The translations under genes were made by a program, and so were the position numbers. The notes under the pieces were generated by a model that did not search any database, was not told the origin of the DNA, and saw only the letters and a program-made list of their open reading frames with translations. DNA of 32,000 nucleotides from Vibrio cholerae ATCC 14035. Lineage in GTDB: Bacteria; Pseudomonadota; Gammaproteobacteria; Enterobacterales; Vibrionaceae. Location of the stretch: contig NZ_KK211322.1 in NCBI RefSeq assembly GCF_000621645.1, positions 51,717-83,716 of the forward strand, written 5' to 3'. The first letter of the stretch is position 1. Each line of letters starts with the position of its first letter. Of the stretch, positions 9,789 through 19,169 are shown piece by piece.

Positions 9789-10307
9789 ATGCCATTATTA
9801 GACAGTTTTACCGTCGATCATACTCGTATGAATGCACCGGCGGTGCGTGTTGCCAAAACCATGCAAACCCCAAAAGGGGATACGATTACCGTATTTGATT
9901 TGCGTTTTACTATGCCAAACAAAGATATCTTGTCTGAGCGCGGTATCCATACTCTAGAGCATCTCTACGCGGGCTTTATGCGCAATCACCTTAACGGCAG
10001 CCAAGTGGAGATCATCGATATTTCACCAATGGGTTGCCGTACAGGTTTCTACATGAGCTTGATTGGTGCGCCGACAGAACAGCAAGTGGCACAAGCATGG
10101 CTAGCCGCAATGCAAGATGTGTTGAAAGTTGAAAGCCAAGAGCAAATTCCTGAGCTGAATGAGTACCAGTGCGGCACTGCGGCGATGCACTCGCTCGAAG
10201 AAGCCAAAGCGATTGCGAAAAACGTGATTGCGGCAGGCATCTCGGTTAACCGTAACGATGAGTTGGCGCTGCCCGAATCTATGCTCAATGAGCTGAAGGT
10301 TCACTAA
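9789..10307 (+). CDS. luxS: S-ribosylhomocysteine lyase (AI-2 synthase)
   Basis: 172 aa, [23 protein letters not shown]..., with metal-binding HTLEH and the conserved Cys in [10 protein letters not shown]. Strong purine-rich RBS (GGGAGAAAGGAA). Confidence 0.97.
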   Translation: MPLLDSFTVDHTRMNAPAVRVAKTMQTPKGDTITVFDLRFTMPNKDILSERGIHTLEHLYAGFMRNHLNGSQVEIIDISPMGCRTGFYMSLIGAPTEQQVAQAWLAAMQDVLKVESQEQIPELNEYQCGTAAMHSLEEAKAIAKNVIAAGISVNRNDELALPESMLNELKVH

Positions 10308-10333
10308 GTCGGTTCTGTAAACGTTAAAAATAC

Positions 10334-10365
10334 AAAAGCCCGAAGTTGAGTTCGGGCTTTTGTTT
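10334..10365. terminator. Bidirectional rho-independent terminator shared by luxS (+) and corB (-)
   Basis: AAAAGCCCGAA (10334-10344), loop GTTGAG, TTCGGGCTTTT (10351-10361). The A-tract and T-tract flanks allow it to function on both strands. It sits between convergent stops at 10307 and 10377. Confidence 0.8.
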
Positions 10366-10376
10366 GAGTGCTTAAC

Positions 10377-11657
10377 TTAAACCAAGCTGACTTTGGTTTT
10401 TCTTGGGTAAACTTTGACCAACTTAATCCGATTCTCTTCCAGCTCGAGGATTTCCATTTTGTGCTGTGCCACTTTCACACTCAGATGGCTCGCTGGGATC
10501 TCTTCAAGGTGCTCCAAAATCAAACCGTTTAAGGTTCGTGGTCCATCGGTAGGAAGCTTCCATTTCAGGCTCTTGTTAATGTCACGAATATTGGCGCTGC
10601 CTTCAATCAAGAAACTGCCATCACCTTGTGGAGTAATTTCATCGGCCAAGCTTGGAGACATGGATGTGGTAAATTCACCGACAATCTCTTCCAAAATATC
10701 TTCGAGCGTGGTTAAACCAATGATTTCACCGTATTCATCCACGATTAAACCAATGCGTTCTTTATTACGTTGGAATTTGAGCAGCTGAACGTTAAGCGGT
10801 GTACCTTCAGGGATAAAGTAAATCTCATCCGCAGCGCGCAGCAGCATCTCTTTGTTAAAGTCGTTCTTCTCAAGCATAAAGCGTGAGGCTTCACGTAAAC
10901 GCAAAATCCCGACCACTTCGTCAATCTTGTCACGGTACAGTACGACTCGCCCATGTGGTGAATGGACTAACTGACGCACAATCGACTTCCAATCATCATT
11001 GATATTGATCCCCGTTATCTCATTACGCGGGATCATGATGTCGTTGACGGTGACGTGTTCTAAATCGAGGATCGACAGCAGCATATCTTGGTGGCGGCGA
11101 GGGATGAGTCCTCCCGCTTCATTAACCACAGTACGTAACTCTTCTGAGCTTAAATGATCGCCTTTGCCATGTTTCGGTGAGATGCCGAGAATGCGGATCA
11201 AGCCATTGGTCATCAAGTTAACGAACAGCACCAAAGGTGAAAGCAGCTTCATCAAAATCGTCAGTAACACGCTGCTGGCGTAAGAGACTCGCTCTGGGTA
11301 AAGCGCGGCTAGAGTTTTAGGCGTGACTTCGGCAAACACCAGAATCACTAAAGTTAAGGCCCCCGTGGCAATTGCGACACCTAAATCGCCATACAGGCGC
11401 ATACCGATAATGGTGGCAATCGCAGAGGCGAGGATATTGACGAGGTTGTTACCAATCAGGATTAAGCCAATCAAACGATCTGGACGATCCAGTAGCTTTT
11501 CAACACGTTTAGCACCTTTATGGTCGCTGTTGGCCAAATGCTTTAAACGGTAACGGTTGAGAGCCATCATGCCGGTTTCAGAACCGGAGAAATAGGCGGA
11601 AATAATGATGAGACACGCGAGTAGCGCAAATAAGATACCCGTTGATATGTCGTCCAA
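10377..11657 (-). CDS. corB: CNNM/CorB-family transporter (DUF21 TM domain, CBS pair, CorC/HlyC C-terminal domain)
   Basis: 426 aa, collinear with E. coli YfjD/CorB as I recall it (ISAYFSGSETGMM.LNRYRL, IGNNLVNILAS, DIMVPR, EDILEEIVG.F). The start codon is TTG (complement of 11655-11657), and the homologue alignment begins there. Confidence 0.9.
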   Translation of the reverse strand: MDDISTGILFALLACLIIISAYFSGSETGMMALNRYRLKHLANSDHKGAKRVEKLLDRPDRLIGLILIGNNLVNILASAIATIIGMRLYGDLGVAIATGALTLVILVFAEVTPKTLAALYPERVSYASSVLLTILMKLLSPLVLFVNLMTNGLIRILGISPKHGKGDHLSSEELRTVVNEAGGLIPRRHQDMLLSILDLEHVTVNDIMIPRNEITGININDDWKSIVRQLVHSPHGRVVLYRDKIDEVVGILRLREASRFMLEKNDFNKEMLLRAADEIYFIPEGTPLNVQLLKFQRNKERIGLIVDEYGEIIGLTTLEDILEEIVGEFTTSMSPSLADEITPQGDGSFLIEGSANIRDINKSLKWKLPTDGPRTLNGLILEHLEEIPASHLSVKVAQHKMEILELEENRIKLVKVYPRKTKVSLV

Positions 11658-11739
11658 AACGCGAATTTTCCTTATGACAGAGTTCTAATTAAAGGCTGAA
11701 TGTATTGCGAGTGTCAAATGACAGCTCGATGAATCTTGT

Positions 11740-12534
11740 TCAGCGCAGAATGATTTCACGTACAAAACGGCTACCGAAGTAAGCCAAGGTGAGTAACGTA
11801 GCGCCTGCGACCGCAAACCAAGTCACTTTTTTACCGCGCCAGCCTTTACGGTAATGACCCCAAAGCAAAATAGAATACACAATCCATGCGACAAACGAGA
11901 GGATGCCTTTATGGGCTTTGCCTTGGGCAAACATATCTTGCACAAAGATAAAACCAGTCAACAAGGTACCTGTGAGCAGCAAGTTACCAATCAAAATGAT
12001 CTTAAATAACTGACGCTCAACCAGCAGCAGAGGCGGTAAATTAGGATTGATAGAGAAGACTTTTTTACTTTTCAGCTTATGGTCGAGCCAAGCAAGCTGC
12101 AGTGCATACAAGGCTCCGATGCTCAACGTTGAGTAAGAGAATAGCGCTAAAGAGATGTGCAGCAGCAGTTTGGGATCACTTTCCAAATGGGTAATAAAAG
12201 TTCCCGGTAAGAATGTGGCTGCAGAAAGGTTAATGGCAGAAAAACTGTAGGCAACAGGCAGCAAAAACCAGAGGCGAGTTTTGAACATGGCTAAGCTCAT
12301 CGCTAAAGAGATGATGAAGCTAATCAAAGAAGCCACATTAAGGATACTCAGGTTTTGCCCACTGCTGTGTAGGATCAAATCACTCAGTAACCAGCCATGA
12401 AACAGCAGTGCAATCGCTGCACTGATAAACACGGTTTTTGCTCGGATCCCGGTTTGATTGACCAGCCCGGGTACGATGGTCGCAATCGACAAGAGATATA
12501 ACATCGCCGCGGCAATCGCGATTAAGTTGTCCAT
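11740..12534 (-). CDS. ypjD: YpjD, CcsA/ResC-like cytochrome c assembly family inner membrane protein
   Basis: Collinear with E. coli YpjD (GQNLS.LNV.SL, LFSY.TL...ALYALQLAW.D, VAW.VY..LLWGHY..GWRG). I prefer the ATG at 12534 (MDNLIAIAA...), which matches the E. coli N-terminal length. The ORF track begins at a GTG at 12543. Confidence 0.8.
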   Translation of the reverse strand: MDNLIAIAAAMLYLLSIATIVPGLVNQTGIRAKTVFISAAIALLFHGWLLSDLILHSSGQNLSILNVASLISFIISLAMSLAMFKTRLWFLLPVAYSFSAINLSAATFLPGTFITHLESDPKLLLHISLALFSYSTLSIGALYALQLAWLDHKLKSKKVFSINPNLPPLLLVERQLFKIILIGNLLLTGTLLTGFIFVQDMFAQGKAHKGILSFVAWIVYSILLWGHYRKGWRGKKVTWFAVAGATLLTLAYFGSRFVREIILR

Positions 12535-12746
12535 ACCTGCCACATAGATAAGGGTTAAGTGGGCGAATTATACCTTGCTCTGTGCTAATGGGCTACTTTG
12601 TATCACCTTCGTTTTTGAGAGGTTAGAGCACAAAATATGGCTCAAAATGATATTCGTGAATGTGAGCATTGGGTAACGGGTATGCCTGTCCGTTTGTCTA
12701 AGGTATACTCACGCCAATTTATCGCCGCTTAGCGAAGAGAAAAAAG

Positions 12747-14132
12747 ATGTTTGAGAATTTAACCGATCGATTGTCCAAAACGCTGAAAAATATCAGCGGC
12801 AAAGGTCGTCTTACTGAAGACAACATTAAAGATACCCTGCGCGAAGTGCGCATGGCGCTGTTAGAGGCGGACGTTGCGCTGCCTGTCGTTCGTGATTTCG
12901 TCAATCGCGTTAAAGAAGGCGCGGTGGGGGTCGAGGTTTCCAAATCTCTGACTCCGGGTCAAGAGTTCATCAAAATCGTCCGCCAGCAACTTGAAGCTGT
13001 GATGGGCGAATCCAACGAAGCGTTGAATCTTGCCGCTCAGCCTCCAGCGGTTATTTTGATGGCTGGTTTGCAAGGTGCGGGTAAAACCACATCCGTAGGC
13101 AAACTCTCTAAGCTCCTAAAAGAGCGTGATAAGAAGAAAGTGTTGGTGGTTTCCGCCGACGTGTATCGCCCAGCGGCGATCAAGCAGCTCGAAACATTAG
13201 CCAATGATTTAGGCGTTGATTTCTTCCCGTCCACACCGGATCAAAAACCGATTGATATCGCTAACGCTGCAATTGATCACGCTAAGAAGAAATTCTACGA
13301 CGTACTGATTGTCGATACCGCAGGTCGTTTGGCGATTGATGAGCAGATGATGGCGGAGATCCAAGCGCTGCATAAAGCGATCAATCCGGTTGAAACCCTG
13401 TTCGTGGTCGATGCCATGACGGGTCAAGATGCCGCCAATACCGCGAAAGCGTTTGGTGATGCATTGCCACTGACCGGGGTGATTCTAACCAAGGTCGATG
13501 GTGATGCCCGTGGCGGTGCGGCGTTGTCGGTACGCCATATTACCGGTAAACCGATTAAATTTATCGGTGTCGGCGAGAAAACCGATGCCTTAGAGCCTTT
13601 CCATCCGGATCGTATTGCTTCACGCATTCTTGGTATGGGCGATGTACTGTCGCTGATCGAAGATCTGCAGCGCAATGTTGACCAAGAGAAAGCCGAAAAA
13701 CTCGCGAAAAAATTCAAAGAGAAGAAAGGCTTTGATTTAGAAGACTTTCGTGAGCAGTTAGGTCAGATGAAAAACATGGGCGGCATGATGGGGATGCTCG
13801 ATAAACTGCCCGGAATGTCTCAACTGCCTGCGGATATGAAAGACAAAGTGGATGATCGCGTTTTCAAACAGATGGAAGCCATCATCAACTCAATGACCAT
13901 GAAAGAGCGTCAAAACCCAGACCTCATCAAAGGCTCACGCAAAAAGCGGATTGCTGCGGGTTCCGGTACCCAAGTGCAAGACGTAAACCGCCTGCTCAAG
14001 CAATTTACCCAGATGCAGAAGATGATGAAGAAAATGCAACAAGGTGGCATGAAAGGCATGATGCGTAACATGCAAGGCCTGATGGGCGGCGGTGGCCGTG
14101 GTGGTTTCGGCGGCGGTTTCTTCGGTCGTTAA
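12747..14132 (+). CDS. ffh: Signal recognition particle protein Ffh
   Basis: 461 aa. N-domain, SRP54 GTPase motifs (GLQGAGKTT, DTAGR, TKVDGD), Met-rich M-domain, and a Gly/Arg/Phe-rich C-terminal tail. Confidence 0.97.
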   Translation: MFENLTDRLSKTLKNISGKGRLTEDNIKDTLREVRMALLEADVALPVVRDFVNRVKEGAVGVEVSKSLTPGQEFIKIVRQQLEAVMGESNEALNLAAQPPAVILMAGLQGAGKTTSVGKLSKLLKERDKKKVLVVSADVYRPAAIKQLETLANDLGVDFFPSTPDQKPIDIANAAIDHAKKKFYDVLIVDTAGRLAIDEQMMAEIQALHKAINPVETLFVVDAMTGQDAANTAKAFGDALPLTGVILTKVDGDARGGAALSVRHITGKPIKFIGVGEKTDALEPFHPDRIASRILGMGDVLSLIEDLQRNVDQEKAEKLAKKFKEKKGFDLEDFREQLGQMKNMGGMMGMLDKLPGMSQLPADMKDKVDDRVFKQMEAIINSMTMKERQNPDLIKGSRKKRIAAGSGTQVQDVNRLLKQFTQMQKMMKKMQQGGMKGMMRNMQGLMGGGGRGGFGGGFFGR

Positions 14133-14237
14133 TTCACTCGCACGCAACCGCTTGAGTGTTCAGTGAACTTTCCAATTTGTTAACTGAATCACGGTAATTT
14201 GTAGCGCTTTAAGCTGGCGAAAAAGTAGCTAAACCCC

Positions 14238-14265
14238 TTGCAAAGCCTCGGAATAAGAGTAAAAT
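14238..14265 (+). promoter_or_regulatory. Candidate sigma70 promoter of the rpsP-rimM-trmD-rplS operon
   Basis: TTGCAA (14238-14243), 16-nt spacer, TAAAAT (14260-14265), about 100 nt upstream of the rpsP ATG. It overlaps an inverted repeat AAAGCCTCGG/CCGAGGCTTT (14242-14276). Confidence 0.4.
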
Positions 14266-14367
14266 CCCGAGGCTTTATTTTGGCACGAGACCCTAAACTG
14301 ATTTTGTGAATTTTTTGCAAAGTGGTTTTCGGGGTTAATTTTATTTTTGAAAAGCAAAGAGGACGAC

Positions 14368-14616
14368 ATGGTAACCATTCGTTTGGCACGTCACGGCGCG
14401 AAAAAGCGTCCATTCTATCAAATCGTTGTAGCTGACAGCCGCAACTCAGCAACTGGCCGTTTCATCGAGAAAGTAGGTTTCTTTAACCCTACTGCTACTG
14501 GTCAAGAAGAAGGCCTGCGTCTAGACCTAGATCGCGTGAACCACTGGGTTTCACAAGGCGCATCTCTGTCTGATCGCGTAGCACAGCTAGTTAAAACCGC
14601 TCAAAAAGCGGCTTAA
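14368..14616 (+). CDS. rpsP: 30S ribosomal protein S16
   Basis: [25 protein letters not shown]... (82 aa). AAGAGGA (14357-14363) precedes the ATG at 14368. The ORF-track start at 14347 is an upstream TTG. Confidence 0.95.
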   Translation: MVTIRLARHGAKKRPFYQIVVADSRNSATGRFIEKVGFFNPTATGQEEGLRLDLDRVNHWVSQGASLSDRVAQLVKTAQKAA

Positions 14617-14643
14617 TTATTACTGTTAAGTAGTAACTAGTTT

Positions 14644-15198
14644 ATGTCGATGAAAGGTAAAGAGACGATGAGCAAGCAAAACGAAAAATTGGTTGTGGGA
14701 AAATTAGGTTCTTCTTACGGCATTCGTGGCTGGCTTAAAGTTTTTTCCTACACAGACAATCCAGAAAGTATTTTTGATTACAGCCCTTGGTATATTGACC
14801 AAAAGGGCGAGTGGGTGGAATACAAAGTAGAAGGCTGGAAACGCCACAACAAAGGTTGGGTGGTAAAACTTCAAGGGCTTGATGTCCGCGAAGATGCACA
14901 TCTGCTGACTAACTTTGAAATTGCCATTGACCCCGCATCACTACCAGAATTGTCAGAAGATGAGTTCTACTGGCGTGAATTGTTTGGAATGCAAGTAGTG
15001 ACCACTAACGGCTACGACCTTGGCGTGGTAACCGATATGATGGAAACAGGCTCCAACGATGTTCTCGTGGTGAAAGCGAATCTGAAAGATGCTTTCGGCC
15101 AAAAGGAACGGTTAATTCCGTTTCTTGAAGAGCAAGTGATCAAAGTTGTTGATCGCCAAGCTCAACGGATCGAAGTTGACTGGGATCCTGCGTTTTAA
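14644..15198 (+). CDS. rimM: 16S rRNA processing protein RimM
   Basis: [20 protein letters not shown] matches the E. coli RimM N-terminus, and a PRC-barrel C-terminal half follows. The start is ambiguous: ATGs at 14644, 14650 and 14668 (MSKQNEK...) are all in frame. Confidence 0.9.
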   Translation: MSMKGKETMSKQNEKLVVGKLGSSYGIRGWLKVFSYTDNPESIFDYSPWYIDQKGEWVEYKVEGWKRHNKGWVVKLQGLDVREDAHLLTNFEIAIDPASLPELSEDEFYWRELFGMQVVTTNGYDLGVVTDMMETGSNDVLVVKANLKDAFGQKERLIPFLEEQVIKVVDRQAQRIEVDWDPAF

Positions 15199-15225
15199 CT
15201 CTTAAAATCGAATAAGCGAGGAAAC

Positions 15226-15969
15226 ATGTGGGTTGGCATCGTTAGCCTATTTCCTGAAATGTTCCGCAGCGTTACCGATTTTGGAGTAACAGGTCAGGCG
15301 GTTAAAAAAGGGTTGTTGTCAGTTGAAGCGTGGAATCCTCGTGATTTCGCTCATGACAAACGTCGCACTGTCGATGATAAACCCTACGGTGGCGGTCCCG
15401 GCATGTTGATGATGGTGCAACCTTTGCGCGATGCCATCCATGCTGCGAAACAAGCGTCACCGGGTAAGACGAAAGTCATTTACCTCTCTCCGCAAGGTCG
15501 AAAACTCGACCAACAAGGTGTGGAAGAGCTGGCGCAAAACCAGAATCTGATTCTGATTTGCGGTCGCTATGAAGGGGTAGATGAACGCATTATTGAATCT
15601 GAAGTTGACGAAGAATGGTCAATTGGTGATTTTGTAATGACGGGTGGGGAACTCCCAGCCATGACGTTGATTGATTCTGTCTCGCGGTTCATTCCGGGAG
15701 TATTAGGGGATTTCGCGTCAGCAGAAGAAGACTCTTTTGCCAATGGTTTGCTGGATTGCCCTCACTACACGCGTCCCGAGGTATTGGACGGAAAAGAAGT
15801 GCCAGCGGTACTGAAATCCGGCAATCATGAGGACATTCGTCGTTGGCGACTCAAGCAGTCGCTTGGCCGTACCTGGCTTAGAAGACCGGAGCTCCTGGAA
15901 AACCTAGCTCTGACTGACGAACAGGAACAATTACTGACCGAGTACATTAAAGAGACTCGTCATCAGTAA
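15226..15969 (+). CDS. trmD: tRNA (guanine37-N1)-methyltransferase
   Basis: 247 aa, [13 protein letters not shown]..., SPOUT-knot motifs ([32 protein letters not shown]). Confidence 0.97.
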
Positions 15970-16010
15970 CCTATTAAATTTAGTATCAGTTTATTCTAGG
16001 AATTTAGACA

Positions 16011-16364
16011 ATGAGTAACATCATCAAGGCTCTAGAACAAGAGCAAATGAAACAAGACCTGCCTCAATTTGCACCAGGCGACACTGTTGTGGTTCAAGTT
16101 AAGGTAAAAGAAGGTGACCGTGAGCGTCTACAGGCTTTTGAAGGCATCGTAATCGCAATCCGTAACCGTGGTCTGCACTCAGCATTCACCGTTCGTAAAA
16201 TCTCTAACGGCGAAGGTGTTGAGCGTACGTTCCAAACTCACTCTCCAGTAGTTGATAGCATTGAAGTTAAACGTCGCGGTGCAGTACGTCGTGCCAAACT
16301 GTACTACCTGCGTGACCTATCTGGTAAAGCTGCTCGTATCAAAGAGAAGCTGGCTAAGAAGTAA
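16011..16364 (+). CDS. rplS: 50S ribosomal protein L19
   Basis: 117 aa, [44 protein letters not shown]. It is the last gene of the trmD operon. Confidence 0.97.
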   Translation: MSNIIKALEQEQMKQDLPQFAPGDTVVVQVKVKEGDRERLQAFEGIVIAIRNRGLHSAFTVRKISNGEGVERTFQTHSPVVDSIEVKRRGAVRRAKLYYLRDLSGKAARIKEKLAKK

Positions 16365-16388
16365 TGCTAGAACTCTCGTTCTCGTAGT

Positions 16389-16419
16389 AAAAAGCGGAGC
16401 CCAAGGGCTCCGCTTTTTT
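16389..16419. terminator. Rho-independent terminator after rplS, usable from both strands (convergent with degS)
   Basis: GCGGAGCC (16394-16401), loop CAAG, GGCTCCGC (16406-16413), TTTTTT (16414-16419), with AAAAA on the 5' side. Confidence 0.85.
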
Positions 16420-16484
16420 GTGCTCCATTTTTTAACGTCGAGGTCTCATCGTCGATGAGTGGAACCTTTCAGAATCACACTCGT

Positions 16485-17543
16485 CTAATCACGAGTGTCT
16501 TCACCAATCGTAACTGGGAGTACAATCTCTTCACCCTTACGCAGTAGGGTGAAATCCACCACAGTGCCGGGGCGAAGATCGGTGACGGTATCTGTGACAT
16601 TCTGGCGGCCATTAATTTTTTTACCGTCGATTTTCAGCAAAATATCTTGCTCCAGAAAGCCTGCTCGGGCTGCGGGTCCATTCGGGTCAACCCCTAAAAT
16701 AATGATCCCACCGACATGCTCATTCCCCAGCAAACGTGATGTCATCGAGTTAATATCTTGACCGTCGACGCCAATATAACCGCGGATCACGCGGCCATCA
16801 GCAATGATTTTGGTCATAATTTTACTGGCCAAAGAGTAGGGAATCGCAAACGAAATCCCGTAAGTTTCGAGATCGGTGGCTTGTTGAAAAGAGGCGGTAT
16901 TGATGCCGACCAGTTCACCTTGGGTATTGACCAATGCACCACCTGAGTTGCCGTCATTGATTGCGGCATCAGTTTGAATAAAGGCTTGGCGACCATCAGC
17001 GCTGATGGATGAACGTCCGGTAGCCGAGATAATTCCGAAAGTCGTGGTTTGCCCTAAGTTGTAAGGGTTACCAATCGCCAACACCACGTCCCCCACTTTA
17101 GGATGGTAATCTGGATTGAGTGGAATCACTGGTAAACCCGTGCCTTCTACGCGTAATACGGCAATATCGGTACGGCGATCTTTTCCCACCAATTGTGCTG
17201 CTGCGGCTCGCCCATCTTGTAGAGCAACGACAATTTGATCGGCCTGCGCGACGACGTGGTAGTTGGTGATGATGTAGCCTTTTTCGCTGACAATGACACC
17301 GGATCCTAAACCTTGAATCGAGAGTTTACGGCGATCATTTTCGCTGTATTTACGGTTATAAATATTGACGACGGCAGGGGCGGCTTTGCGTACCGCTTCA
17401 TTAAATGAGATTTGTAGAGCGCCGATGTTGCGTGGTTGTTCGACAACGGGCATTAATTTGGCGCGTAGTGAGGGTGTCACCATAATAATGGCAATCGCAG
17501 CCAACAACCCAAGGCTGATTGAGCGAACCCAAAATTTCAGCAT
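16485..17543 (-). CDS. degS: Outer-membrane-stress sensor serine endopeptidase DegS
   Basis: 352 aa. N-terminal membrane anchor, trypsin-like HtrA catalytic triad context (TNYHV, D...AVL, GNSGGAL), and a single C-terminal PDZ. It sits downstream of degQ, as in E. coli. Confidence 0.9.
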   Translation of the reverse strand: MLKFWVRSISLGLLAAIAIIMVTPSLRAKLMPVVEQPRNIGALQISFNEAVRKAAPAVVNIYNRKYSENDRRKLSIQGLGSGVIVSEKGYIITNYHVVAQADQIVVALQDGRAAAAQLVGKDRRTDIAVLRVEGTGLPVIPLNPDYHPKVGDVVLAIGNPYNLGQTTTFGIISATGRSSISADGRQAFIQTDAAINDGNSGGALVNTQGELVGINTASFQQATDLETYGISFAIPYSLASKIMTKIIADGRVIRGYIGVDGQDINSMTSRLLGNEHVGGIIILGVDPNGPAARAGFLEQDILLKIDGKKINGRQNVTDTVTDLRPGTVVDFTLLRKGEEIVLPVTIGEDTRD

Positions 17544-17681
17544 AGTTTCCCCAACTCAATATTGACTAAATTCCTCACTGCGAGTGGGCAAGAATAACAC
17601 TGGAAAGGCATTTCGCCAAAGTTGCATCTGTAGCTTATGAATAAGTTTTTGTGCAAGTTTGGGGATTTTTGAGGGAAAGAA

Positions 17682-17710
17682 AGCGTTACCGCTCAATGAG
17701 CGGTAACGCT
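17682..17710 (-). terminator. Terminator hairpin downstream of degQ
   Basis: Perfect 13-bp stem AGCGTTACCGCTC / GAGCGGTAACGCT with a 3-nt loop, 10 nt past the degQ stop. On the minus strand it is followed by TTCTTTCCC, an imperfect U-tract. Confidence 0.7.
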
Positions 17711-17719
17711 GAGTGATAA

Positions 17720-19090
17720 TTAACGAACAACCAAGTAAAGCGTTCTCTCTCCACGTTGGATATTTAATGCCAAAATATTCGGTGATTTTTCCATAATCGC
17801 ACGCAACTCGGCGATATTTTTCACCCGCTTACGGTTAACGCCAATGATAATGTCGTCTTTTTGTAGCTGGTAAGATTCAGCGGCAGAGCCTTTTTGAACC
17901 TCAGTAACCTTAACGCCCTGAATAGGATCGCTGTCAGTGGTGTTGCTTAACTCCGCGCCGCTCAAACCTTGATGCAGTGATTCTGCTTTGGTCTTGGCAT
18001 TTTGCTGCTCCCCAAGCGTTACATCAATATTTTGATTCTTACCATCACGCAGCACTCCAAGGGTAATGGTTTTTCCTGCGCCTAGGGTCGCGACTTTCGC
18101 GCGTAGCTCAGAGAAGGTATCGATTTTTTTACCATTCAGCGACGTAATGATGTCACCCGCTTTGATGCCCGCTTTGTCCGCAGCACTGTCAGGAACCACT
18201 TGGCTGACAAAAGCACCTTTTGAGGATTCATAGCCGAGCGCATCAGCCAGTTCGGAAGTGATTTCACCGCCTTGTACACCCAGCATGCCGCGTTTCACTT
18301 CACCAAACTCAAGAATTTGATCGGTCAGATTTTTCATCATATTCGATGGGATGGCAAAACCTATACCGACGTTGCCACCGTTTGGACCAAGGATCGCGGT
18401 GTTGATACCGATGAGTTCACCATTAAGGTTAACCAGAGCTCCTCCTGAGTTGCCGCTGTTGATGGCGGCATCGGTCTGGATGAAGTTTTCAAAGTTTTCG
18501 ATATTCAAACCACTACGCCCTAAGGCTGAGACAATGCCAGAGGTCACAGTTTGCCCTAAGCCAAATGGGTTACCGATGGCCACTGCAAAATCACCGACTC
18601 GCAGTTTATCGGAGTCCGCGATACGGATCTCAGTGAGGTTTTTCGCTTTGTTTAGCTTGAGCAAGGCGACATCAGACATCTCATCACCACCGACAAGTTC
18701 TGCATCAAACTCGCGACCGTCATACAGTTTGACGCGAATTTTTTCAGCACCATTAATGACATGGTAGTTAGTGACGACATACCCTTTATCAGCGTTAATG
18801 ATGACCCCAGAACCTAAGCCACGGAAAGGTCGCTCTTGGAGTTGTTCGGTCGGAAAATCCGGTCCGAAGAAAAAACGAAACTGATCCGGCAGACGCTGTC
18901 TTGAAACTTGAGTCCCTTCCACAGCAATGCTCACCACGGCGGGTGTGACTTTTTCAAGCATGGGGGCTAGGCTAGGAATCTGCTCTCCATTGACTGAGAG
19001 AGGAAGCGCTGCAGTTGCAGGCAAAGGCGAGAGAATCGCGCTCAAACTAAGAGACAGAGCAGTTAAAACAAGTAAAGGTTTTTTCATCAT
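17720..19090 (-). CDS. degQ: Periplasmic Do/HtrA-family serine endoprotease (DegQ/DegP type, two PDZ domains)
   Basis: 456 aa. Signal peptide (MMKKPLLVLTALSLSLSAILSPLPATA), catalytic motifs TNYHV, DVALL and GNSGGALV, and two PDZ domains. GAGGAG lies upstream; the second ATG (19087) has the better spacing. Whether it is orthologous to DegP (HtrA) or DegQ cannot be resolved from sequence alone. Confidence 0.9.
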   Translation of the reverse strand: MMKKPLLVLTALSLSLSAILSPLPATAALPLSVNGEQIPSLAPMLEKVTPAVVSIAVEGTQVSRQRLPDQFRFFFGPDFPTEQLQERPFRGLGSGVIINADKGYVVTNYHVINGAEKIRVKLYDGREFDAELVGGDEMSDVALLKLNKAKNLTEIRIADSDKLRVGDFAVAIGNPFGLGQTVTSGIVSALGRSGLNIENFENFIQTDAAINSGNSGGALVNLNGELIGINTAILGPNGGNVGIGFAIPSNMMKNLTDQILEFGEVKRGMLGVQGGEITSELADALGYESSKGAFVSQVVPDSAADKAGIKAGDIITSLNGKKIDTFSELRAKVATLGAGKTITLGVLRDGKNQNIDVTLGEQQNAKTKAESLHQGLSGAELSNTTDSDPIQGVKVTEVQKGSAAESYQLQKDDIIIGVNRKRVKNIAELRAIMEKSPNILALNIQRGERTLYLVVR

Positions 19091-19169
19091 AAGCTCCTCA
19101 ACAAATTAACGTCCGGTTGAAGTAGAAAATATGTCCATTTCAAGAAACTTCAACTGACAGTCTGCGAGT

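Noticed and set aside
18351-18767. Long antisense ORFs inside well-supported genes. Examples: 138 aa opposite degQ; 153 aa at 3130-3591 opposite oadB; 124 aa at 10414-10788 opposite corB; 111 aa at 28447-28782 opposite lpoA; 97-98 aa opposite ffh and gshA.
   Set aside because: Each lies entirely within a gene with strong family-level evidence on the other strand. Their products are low-complexity (Ser/Pro/Arg/Ala-rich), they have no RBS, and they look like typical shadow ORFs produced by codon bias.
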